DNA from: a virus
UHGV virus genome: UHGV-0217156
Direction: 5' to 3' (one strand)
Length of the DNA stretch: 46,368 nt
The position numbers and the translations under genes were made by a program. The first letter of the stretch is position 1. Every line of letters begins with the position of its first letter. The notes under the pieces were generated by a model. That model was not told the origin of the DNA. It did not search any database and saw nothing but the letters and a program-made list of their open reading frames with translations. Positions 1-7,363 of the stretch are shown here, one piece after another.

Positions 1-2286
1 ATTTTTCACGAGGCGATTGAAGCCGTTAATGATGCCGCCAAACGTGCGGAGGAGGCCGGAGATAAGGCTATAGCTGCTGCGGATGAGGCCGAAAAAGCAG
101 CCACCCAGACAGCGGAGCATCTGCAAGCTACAGAGGGGCTTGCAGAGCAGGTAGAGACCAATGCCGACACTGTGGCACAGGATAAGCAGACTGTAACAGG
201 GATGCTCTCTCAGACCCAGCAGGCGGCCTCAGATGCGGCATTATCGGCACAGGCGGCTAAGTTATCAGAGATAGCCGCAGCACAGGCACAGACGGGCGCT
301 GAGGCGGCTGAGGATACAGCAAGACAGTACGCTGAGGAGACGGAGGCAGACCGGCAGGCAGTTGCCAATGATAAGCAGGTAGTTAGCCAGATGAGGGAAG
401 CAGTGGCGGCAGACCGTCAGGCGGTAGAGCAGACCGCTGCGCAGTTTGGACAGACCTCCCAAGACGCGCTTACAGCCATAGGGCAGGCTCAGAGCACAGC
501 TGTGGGGGATGTTAAGGCCGAGGGGCAAAAGCAGACCACAGCGGTACAGGAGGCAGGCACACAGGCGGTCAGTGAGGTTACTGAGGCCAAGACTACAGCA
601 GTGCAGGCAGTCACCACGGAGGGCGATACGCAGACCAAAAGGGTTGAGGATGCGGCTGCCGGGATCGTGGCGGATAGGGAGCAGATCAACCAGAATAAAC
701 AGGGGATTAGCGCCTTGCAGCAGACTGTCCAGGATGCACAGGAAAAAGTAGATGACATCGAAAGCACATTAAAACAGGCAGCATCTTTGGAGAGGGCGGT
801 GGAAAATTATTATGCCCTGAGGCGTACAGGGAAAGTATACCAAACGAAAATCTGGAAGTTTGATATCAATCCGACCAGTGCAGGAGAAAAGCTGCTTGAT
901 AATGCAGGGCTCGCTTGGGAACCATCAACAGATACAGTAAGAGGCGTGGATGATTATGCAGATATTCCTCTTTTTGAATGGAAAAATGTTAATTATGTCA
1001 GAGACCCAGACGGTACTCCTCGCCCTGTGGTTTTAGAAGGTGATTCAAACTATAAGACAAGCGGGTCTGTTGATGTTGGGACTATGCAAATGTCATTTTG
1101 GTGGGATTGGGACTCTTCCAATCCGGAATACGATCTCGTTACAATATCAGATATGCCACATCCGGAACTTGGACTTACGCCATGGCCGGAATGCGTAAAG
1201 GCAGATGGTACAGTGATGCCGTGGTGTATTGGCAGTAAATATTTTTCCGGTGTTGCGTCTGATGGACTTTTGAGATCCCAGCTAGGTTTGCCGCTTGCCA
1301 ATTTCCAGAGCCATAACAATATGATCGTCAACTATCAAAAAAAGGGCGAGGGATACTTGGGAGCAGGGGCTGTGCGAAATCTGTTCCAGATTGTGTTTAA
1401 CATCATAAAAGGAGCAACGAAAAACAGCCAGAGTCTTTATTCGGGATGCACGTCCTATAACTGGCAGTACGATGCAAGCATAGAACGCAGCACGAAAGAG
1501 ACATATTTCCCGGTAACAAACGCACAGGCTGATAACATATTGGTTGGAAGCCGTGTCTATGTGGGATATGGGAGCGATAATAAGGGGGCGCTTAATAAAG
1601 ACCGTGGCGTTGAAACAATGAGGGCTTATGCAGACATGGCCAAAGTTATACGGATTGAGCCATTGGATGATGCCAATAAGGCGGTGTATTTAGATATTTC
1701 AGAGGGGTTTTCCACCACTCCGGTAGAGGTGACAGAAACTCTGCAATCCCCGATCATAATAAGTTCGATGCCGTGGGGAGCGGGAAATACAGATGCAGTA
1801 ATAGGTCATCACGATGGATCGGCTATATCCAACAGTGACGGAAAGCACCCGTACCGTGTCCAAGGGCGGGAATACGCCGTAGGATGCTATGCGATAGCAT
1901 CTGACACTGTGCTTGATTTTCAGCCCGACCATAGCAAAAACGTATATGTAGCAGAGAGAGGACTTGACCACAGCTCGACGGATACAGTTATAAAAAGCAC
2001 TTACCGCATGATTGGAAATATCCCTGCGCTTCCGGACGGAAAGGATTTTTGGATAGGAGATATTTCGGTAGACAAAAAGACCGGCGCATGGTTTGTGGCC
2101 AAAAAAGGAAGTGGAAGCACTCAGGGATATGGAGATATGCTTTATTCCGGCGGGACATCCACATCCGGAACCCGTGGATTTATGCAGGGCGGCAGTCTCT
2201 GGAGCGGCTCGTTCGCTGGTTGTGCGTTCCTGCACTGCGGGAGCAGGCTTGGCTGGGCTGGCTGGTACTTCGGCGGCTGCGATTAA
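1..2286 (+). CDS. Tail-fibre-like protein, 5'-truncated at the window edge; its C-terminal ~30 aa are the DGR variable region
   Basis: Frame 1 is open from base 1 through the listed 172..2286 ORF. N-terminal half is Ala/Gln/Glu-rich coiled coil; C-terminal half is Gly/Trp/Tyr-rich (lectin-like). The last 93 nt are near-identical to a downstream repeat, with A-specific differences. Confidence 0.8.
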   Translation: MFHEAIEAVNDAAKRAEEAGDKAIAAADEAEKAATQTAEHLQATEGLAEQVETNADTVAQDKQTVTGMLSQTQQAASDAALSAQAAKLSEIAAAQAQTGAEAAEDTARQYAEETEADRQAVANDKQVVSQMREAVAADRQAVEQTAAQFGQTSQDALTAIGQAQSTAVGDVKAEGQKQTTAVQEAGTQAVSEVTEAKTTAVQAVTTEGDTQTKRVEDAAAGIVADREQINQNKQGISALQQTVQDAQEKVDDIESTLKQAASLERAVENYYALRRTGKVYQTKIWKFDINPTSAGEKLLDNAGLAWEPSTDTVRGVDDYADIPLFEWKNVNYVRDPDGTPRPVVLEGDSNYKTSGSVDVGTMQMSFWWDWDSSNPEYDLVTISDMPHPELGLTPWPECVKADGTVMPWCIGSKYFSGVASDGLLRSQLGLPLANFQSHNNMIVNYQKKGEGYLGAGAVRNLFQIVFNIIKGATKNSQSLYSGCTSYNWQYDASIERSTKETYFPVTNAQADNILVGSRVYVGYGSDNKGALNKDRGVETMRAYADMAKVIRIEPLDDANKAVYLDISEGFSTTPVEVTETLQSPIIISSMPWGAGNTDAVIGHHDGSAISNSDGKHPYRVQGREYAVGCYAIASDTVLDFQPDHSKNVYVAERGLDHSSTDTVIKSTYRMIGNIPALPDGKDFWIGDISVDKKTGAWFVAKKGSGSTQGYGDMLYSGGTSTSGTRGFMQGGSLWSGSFAGCAFLHCGSRLGWAGWYFGGCD
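2188..2280 (+). repeat. DGR variable repeat (VR), 3' end of the tail-fibre gene
   Basis: 93 nt aligned without gaps to 2357..2449 at an offset of 169. There are 13 mismatches, and each one lies where the TR has an adenine. Confidence 0.85.
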
Positions 2287-2356
2287 AAGAAGGCCGTCGG
2301 GGGTGAATTTGCGAAGCAAAGAGGGGATCTCCCCTAAAATAGAGGACTCATGGTGT

Positions 2357-2449
2357 GGCGGCAATCTCAGGAACGGCTCGAACGCTGGTTGTGCGTACCT
2401 GAACTGCAGGAACAGGCTTGGCAGGGCTGGCTGGAACTACGGCGGCTGA
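2357..2449 (+). repeat. DGR template repeat (TR)
   Basis: Non-coding copy of the VR lying between the target gene and the RT. Read in the VR frame it is rich in AAC/AAT/TAC/AGG codons and ends in TGA where the VR has TGC. Confidence 0.85.
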
Positions 2450-2674
2450 TATTATCTATCTATTTTCCGCATTGGCGGCATTAAACCATGTTTCGCACTC
2501 GAAAAGAGTGTAACCGAAAGGTTCTCGGGCAGATGCCCAAAATTCTTTTTATAGGCCCGCCGGAGCCAGTAAAATGGCGAAGGAATACCGGTGCAGTAGG
2601 CCGGTGTTGTGGCTAGTAGAAAAACCGAAAACCATCGCAAAGATAATCGAAGAAAAATCAGAAGGTCTAAGAAT

Positions 2675-3847
2675 ATGAAAAAATACTGTAAAAAAGTAGA
2701 TATAACTGATAGGGCATTGATATCAAAATCAGTGCATCAATGCCTGGCAGATAAATTAAAACGCCGTGACACGTTACGGCTGCTGTCAAGTGTTACCGTC
2801 CTGTCTCCGGAGCAGATATATTATTTGCTATACCGGGGAGGGAAGATTGCGGTAGACTGGTGCATTGAGCGTGTGATAAATGATATTCACGCAGAGATCA
2901 TTGCCAGAAATCCTAAATTCCCGCCTATTTGGTACAAAAAGCGCAAGGATCCGTCCAGTGGGAAAAACAGGGAAATAGGAATCCAGGATGTAAAGCAGCA
3001 AATATATGATTATGTTGCTGTAAATGCATTAGAACCAATAGGCGTTCGGATCGGCGTCCATCAATATGCATCCATTAAAGGACGCGGCCCCGTAAGGGGA
3101 ATGAAGAAAATTTATAAATGGATGAGAGATAAAACCCTGCGCTATTATGGCAAATTCGATGTCAAAAAGTGCTTTGAAAGTATCAGCAGAGAAAAAATGA
3201 TGGAATTTCTTTCCCGGTACATTAAAAATGATCCGCTTTTGTGGCTTGTTGATACGCTCCTTAAAACGTTCCGGAAAGGATTGAGTATAGGATCTTACCT
3301 ATCTCAGTTTCTCTGCAACCTGTATATGTCTCAGCTTTATCACGAGATTTCAGAGCGGATGTACCATATCCGGAAGCGGAGAGCAGGAGGTGCAGAAAGA
3401 GTGAATCTGGTAAAGCATGTGTTGTTTTACATGGATGACATTTACATTACGGGAACAAATGCAAAATTGCTCAATATGGCTGCAAAAAGAATTGTATCCT
3501 ATGCTGCTAAAATGGGGATTACCATAAAACAGGAATGGACGATACAGCCATGTGGGGTTGTGGACATGATGGGATTTAAGATCTATCGCGATCATGTAAC
3601 GATAAGAAAACGCGTCTGGAAACGCATCCGGCGGGTGTATATGAGGACATACCGCAAAATAAAAACACATAAGCCCATACCGCTCTCAACGGCAAGGCGG
3701 TGTCTGTCATATAAGGGATTTTTTGATAATACAAGCAGCTTCAGGACTGTAGTAAAATATAAAGCCCGGGAAGTGGCCCGTGTGTGTAAAAGGAGGGTAT
3801 CATATGCCGACAAAAGCAAGGTTTTTCGATCCACAGCCACCTGTTAA
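2675..3847 (+). CDS. DGR-type reverse transcriptase
   Basis: RT motifs are present: IGIQDV...YASIKGRGP, FDVKKCFESI, LSIGSYLSQ (the DGR hallmark I-G-x-x-x-S-Q replaces the usual QGxxxSP), and FYMDD (YxDD). The ATG at 2675 follows GAAGG; an in-frame GTG at 2609 is an alternative start. Confidence 0.85.
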   Translation: MKKYCKKVDITDRALISKSVHQCLADKLKRRDTLRLLSSVTVLSPEQIYYLLYRGGKIAVDWCIERVINDIHAEIIARNPKFPPIWYKKRKDPSSGKNREIGIQDVKQQIYDYVAVNALEPIGVRIGVHQYASIKGRGPVRGMKKIYKWMRDKTLRYYGKFDVKKCFESISREKMMEFLSRYIKNDPLLWLVDTLLKTFRKGLSIGSYLSQFLCNLYMSQLYHEISERMYHIRKRRAGGAERVNLVKHVLFYMDDIYITGTNAKLLNMAAKRIVSYAAKMGITIKQEWTIQPCGVVDMMGFKIYRDHVTIRKRVWKRIRRVYMRTYRKIKTHKPIPLSTARRCLSYKGFFDNTSSFRTVVKYKAREVARVCKRRVSYADKSKVFRSTATC

Positions 3848-4103
3848 AGTGGTGGATGATGGGGGCTTTGTTTACATTTTTATATGTCTCAACGAGGAAC
3901 AAAAAACAGAAAAGTACGATGAGGAAACAACGTCATATCTGGAATATGATTACAACGAATTTAGAGAAGAAAAATCACAGATCGATCTTGAGGATGTGAT
4001 GAAAAACCCAGAGAAATATCTTGTTTACTCAGCGAAACAAGATAAGCAGGATATTGTTACACGTTTGGAAGCATTGGAAAAAAGAGTGTTGCAGGAGGGG
4101 TAA
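3804..4103 (+). CDS. Hypothetical acidic 99-aa protein between the RT and the lysin
   Basis: Strong RBS AAAGGAGGG before the ATG. The C-terminus has a coiled coil (DIVTRLEALEKRV) and there is no transmembrane segment. Confidence 0.5.
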   Translation: MPTKARFFDPQPPVKVVDDGGFVYIFICLNEEQKTEKYDEETTSYLEYDYNEFREEKSQIDLEDVMKNPEKYLVYSAKQDKQDIVTRLEALEKRVLQEG

Positions 4104-4106
4104 GCT

Positions 4107-4910
4107 ATGGAGATACGAAAAGAGATTAAGCAGATAAACTGTTACGCAGGTCAAAACCGTCCTGCATGGATTGTAATCCATGAGACGGATAATTACAGTA
4201 AGGGTGCAGGCGCGCTCAAACACGCTCAGGCCCATAAAAACGGCAACCTGTCCACCTCTGTGCATTGGTATGTAGACGATACGGTGGCTGTACAGACCTT
4301 ATATTACAGCGACGGTGCCTATGCAGTCGGTAGACAGTACGGTACGCCTCTGGTAGCAGGAGTAACCAACACAAACAGTATCAACATCGAGATCTGCGTC
4401 AATCCAGACTCTGATTACGATCAGGCCCGTGCAAACTGCATAGAGCTTGTGCGACAGATTATGGCAGAGCAGGAGATACCTGCCGATCATGTGATCCGGC
4501 ACTATGATGCCAAGCGCAAGCACTGCCCCCGTAAGATGCTGGATCAGCCGCAGTTATGGACAGGCTTCAAAGCAGCGTTGGCAGAACCAGATAAAAAAGC
4601 CGGCTGGCAGCAGGAAGATGGCGGTTGGCGGTATTATCTTGGCAACGGTCAGCCAGTCCGTAATGACTGGTACTGGCATGAGGGCAAGTGGTACTGGTTC
4701 GACGGCTCCGGCATGATGGTACATGATACATGGTACAAGTACAAGGATCATTGGTACTACCTGGGAGCAGACGGTGCTATGGTAACAGGCCAGCAGACCA
4801 TAGACGGTAAGTGGTACATCATGGATACTGAGGGCCGGATGATTACAGAGCCGGTGACGCTTACTCCGGATCAGGATGGGGCACTGAGATGGCCGGGGCT
4901 GGCGAAATAG
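4107..4910 (+). CDS. Endolysin: N-acetylmuramoyl-L-alanine amidase with C-terminal cell-wall-binding repeats
   Basis: Amidase_2/PGRP-type motifs (WIVIHETDN...HA; HYDAKRKHCP). The C-terminus carries W/Y-rich ~20-aa repeats (GWQQEDGGWRYY, GKWYWFDGSG, DHWYYLGADG, GKWYIMDTEG). Confidence 0.8.
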   Translation: MEIRKEIKQINCYAGQNRPAWIVIHETDNYSKGAGALKHAQAHKNGNLSTSVHWYVDDTVAVQTLYYSDGAYAVGRQYGTPLVAGVTNTNSINIEICVNPDSDYDQARANCIELVRQIMAEQEIPADHVIRHYDAKRKHCPRKMLDQPQLWTGFKAALAEPDKKAGWQQEDGGWRYYLGNGQPVRNDWYWHEGKWYWFDGSGMMVHDTWYKYKDHWYYLGADGAMVTGQQTIDGKWYIMDTEGRMITEPVTLTPDQDGALRWPGLAK

Positions 4911-4964
4911 GCTTTTATGGTGTAAAAAGAGCGGGCAAATTACACCTGCCCGCTCGTCATTATA

Positions 4965-5231
4965 TTATATATTTATCTCTTTATTTAGGGATAAATTGAT
5001 GCTTTTTAAATTTTCTCTATCTTCTTCGGTCTGGACAAATTCTAATAAATCTTTTGGCTGTAAATCCAAAATATTACAAATAGCATTTATAGCACCAAGT
5101 GTAATAGATGTATCTTCTTTTTTTAACTTATATAGCGTGTTTTGACTTATTAACCCACTTGTTTTTGCTTTGTACGTGTTAAATCCAGCACGCTGTAGTG
5201 CATCATAGACATTGATTTTATACTTTAGCAT
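4965..5231 (-). CDS. XRE-family helix-turn-helix regulator
   Basis: Cro/C1-type HTH (ISQNTLYKLKK...ITLGAINAICNILD). Divergent from the 5378 operon. Confidence 0.7.
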   Translation of the reverse strand: MLKYKINVYDALQRAGFNTYKAKTSGLISQNTLYKLKKEDTSITLGAINAICNILDLQPKDLLEFVQTEEDRENLKSINLSLNKEINI

Positions 5232-5296
5232 TTTAACACCTCCGTTTTTATAATAATAGCATATATGGCAAAGTGAAAAAAGTCAATAAAATATTT

Positions 5297-5346
5297 CTTT
5301 TAAAAGTGATAAAAACTATTGACATCTCTTTTAAAAGTGATATAAT
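5297..5346 (+). promoter_or_regulatory. Consensus promoter (TTGACA-16-TATAAT) carrying a duplicated 15-bp operator-like repeat
   Basis: TTGACA at 5319-5324 and TATAAT at 5341-5346. CTTTTAAAAGTGATA occurs twice (5297-5311 and 5328-5342), overlapping the spacer and -10. Confidence 0.5.
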
Positions 5347-5377
5347 GTAGTTACAACAAAGAACGGAGGAAATAGAG

Positions 5378-5794
5378 ATGAAAAAATATGACTTAAGCAA
5401 TATTATGAAGCAGGCTTGGAAGATGGTTAAAGAAATCGGATTGACTATTTCCGCCGCACTTAAAAAATCTTGGCAGGAGGCAAAGAAGATGAAAGATGAA
5501 GTTAAGAATGTAGTGGTAAAGAGTTTTTATGATTACAATGCACGTCGGTATGGCACACCGTGGGTGACTGTGATGGACGAGCAGGGTAAATACGATTTTA
5601 CCAAAAGAATCGGAACTTTTACCGGCAACGCTGATGATGGCGGGGATTTGATTGTATACGCTCCCGTAGTTGGCCAGGTATATGGCTACGGTCAAAAAGA
5701 TTACCGTGGTAACAATACCATTAAGCGGTTTTGCGTGTGGACCGAAAACGGTTTTGCAGAGTGTGATAAGATGGGTAAAATAAAGGAGGCGTAA
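5378..5794 (+). CDS. Hypothetical protein (138 aa)
   Basis: RBS GGAGGAAA before the ATG. No recognisable motifs. First gene of an operon downstream of the consensus promoter. Confidence 0.5.
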   Translation: MKKYDLSNIMKQAWKMVKEIGLTISAALKKSWQEAKKMKDEVKNVVVKSFYDYNARRYGTPWVTVMDEQGKYDFTKRIGTFTGNADDGGDLIVYAPVVGQVYGYGQKDYRGNNTIKRFCVWTENGFAECDKMGKIKEA

Positions 5795-5797
5795 TTG

Positions 5798-6085
5798 ATG
5801 AAAGAAATCAGCAGGAAGGAAATAGAACAGCAGGTTCGAGAGGAGCTTAAGGAAGCGAGAGCGTTCTGCTCTTATGGTTATGGAAGGTATTACACGATGA
5901 TGATTGATTTATCAGATGGGAGCATTTGGTCAGATCACTTCCTGGATTGCGAGACTTGGAAAGAATATCGCAGTGAAAGCATCGTGAGATTAAGCACCAA
6001 TGGCATGATTGATAATGTGGACAGTGCGTATATTGATGATGCCGTTGATAAGTTGACCACAGCAGGATGGATTGTCAAAAAATAA
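5798..6085 (+). CDS. Hypothetical protein (95 aa)
   Basis: RBS AAGGAGG before the ATG, which overlaps the upstream stop. Confidence 0.5.
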   Translation: MKEISRKEIEQQVREELKEARAFCSYGYGRYYTMMIDLSDGSIWSDHFLDCETWKEYRSESIVRLSTNGMIDNVDSAYIDDAVDKLTTAGWIVKK

Positions 6086-6181
6086 GCGGCTGCGTAACCG
6101 ACCAAAGTACACCGCAACCGCTACCAACTAAGGGCAGCTTCATTATATCATAGCTGCCCCTAACATTACAAGGAGAGCCGA

Positions 6182-7021
6182 ATGAAAAAGAAAGAAGTAA
6201 TAGTGGCTATATATATTAGGGTTAGCACCTTAGATCAAGCAAGGGAAGGCTATTCTTTGAAAATGCAAGAACAGACATTGCGTGAGTGGTGCAAAGAAAA
6301 AGGATATATCATTTATGATCTGTATGCCGACAGAGGCATAAGTGGAAAAGATTTTAATCATAGGCCTGATATGTTGCGCTTGATGCGTGATGCAAAGGAT
6401 GGGTGCTTTAATTCTGTGGTATTCTGGGCTTTGAGTAGATTTACCAGAAGCGTACAGGATTTGTATAATACATTAGATAAGTTCCAAAAATGGGGGGTGT
6501 CCATGGTGTCTTATACAGAGGCATTTGACACGTCTACACCTATGGGACGGGCTATGATCGGAATAGTCGGAGTCTTTGCGCAGCTGGAAAGAGAAATTAC
6601 CAGCGAAAGAGTAGCGGCTGCTATGCAGATGCGAGCAGCGCAAGGGAAACGAACCTGCAGTGAGATTTTGGGATATGATAAAAAAGGAAAAGACAGCTTT
6701 TCGGTCAATCCCCAAGAAGCAGAATATGTTAAATTTTGTTTTGAGAAATATTTGGAAAGAAAAAACCTGTCAGAAGTGGCTGAGTTATGTCGGCAACATG
6801 GTTATCGTGGAAAGCGCGGAAAAGAACCATGTGCATGGACGGTTTCCGTTATTTTGAGCCGTCCACAATACTGTGGATATAATCCGTATTGCGGAGAATA
6901 TTATAAAGGGGATTACGATCCCATAATATCGATAGAAACATACAACAAAGTACAACGATTGTTGGAAAGACAAGGCAAAATAGTAGGACGAAATAGAAGA
7001 AAGAGACTTATGCATTTATAA
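6182..7021 (+). CDS. Short serine recombinase (resolvase catalytic domain plus recombinase domain, no Zn-ribbon/coiled-coil)
   Basis: N-terminus YIRVSTLDQ...G with the serine-recombinase catalytic Ser. The recombinase domain follows. Length 279 aa and it is followed by a terminator, so it may be a truncated large serine recombinase. Confidence 0.7.
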   Translation: MKKKEVIVAIYIRVSTLDQAREGYSLKMQEQTLREWCKEKGYIIYDLYADRGISGKDFNHRPDMLRLMRDAKDGCFNSVVFWALSRFTRSVQDLYNTLDKFQKWGVSMVSYTEAFDTSTPMGRAMIGIVGVFAQLEREITSERVAAAMQMRAAQGKRTCSEILGYDKKGKDSFSVNPQEAEYVKFCFEKYLERKNLSEVAELCRQHGYRGKRGKEPCAWTVSVILSRPQYCGYNPYCGEYYKGDYDPIISIETYNKVQRLLERQGKIVGRNRRKRLMHL

Positions 7022-7060
7022 TATTCAAGACGATATAGGTATCTGGGGGTAATATAAAAA

Positions 7061-7090
7061 GCGGCTGCAAAATAAAGCAGTCGCTTTTTT
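7061..7090 (+). terminator. Rho-independent terminator between the convergent recombinase genes
   Basis: Stem GCGGCTGC/GCAGTCGC (one mismatch), loop AAAATAAA, then TTTTTT. Confidence 0.5.
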
Positions 7091-7313
7091 GAAAAAAATC
7101 CGTATATGAGCCGAAACTCAACATAACAAAAAATATAATAAAACTTAAATCCACAATGCGGTGATGCATTGACAAGGTACTTGAAGTATAATACTGATTC
7201 TTGCGGATGTCAAGGGAATTTGGAAATGATATTCGCATAGGAAGCCATATCTAAATTATTGCAGTATGGAAGCGACTACCAATGAATGGTATCTGCTTCT
7301 ATTTTTGTTTATA

Positions 7314-7361
7314 CTCACTTTTTTATTATGCGTTTGGAAGCCATCATAATAAAAAAGTGAG
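7314..7361. other. Perfect 17-bp inverted repeat with a 14-bp spacer abutting the integrase stop: candidate recombination (att) site
   Basis: CTCACTTTTTTATTATG (7314-7330) and CATAATAAAAAAGTGAG (7345-7361). A 48-bp palindromic unit of this size matches serine-integrase att-site architecture. It is too AT-rich for a good terminator. Confidence 0.3.
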
Positions 7362-7363
7362 AT

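Noticed and set aside
265-767. Minus-strand and alternative-frame ORFs inside the tail-fibre coiled-coil region (265..528, 489..767, 509..751)
   Set aside because: They are shadow ORFs in GC/Ala-codon-rich repeat sequence with no RBS, and they lie fully inside a well-supported gene.
2093-2449. 118-aa plus-strand ORF overlapping the tail-fibre 3' end and running through the TR
   Set aside because: The reading frame is open only because the TR mimics the VR coding sequence. There is no RBS, and the sequence is better explained as the non-coding DGR template.
2452-2640. 62-aa minus-strand ORF between the TR and the RT, considered as a possible avd
   Set aside because: Wrong strand for a DGR accessory gene, no RBS, and not Avd-like in composition.
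7170-7200. TTGACA...TATAAT-like sequence between the recombinase genes
   Set aside because: The spacer is only 12 bp, so this is not a functional sigma-A promoter geometry.
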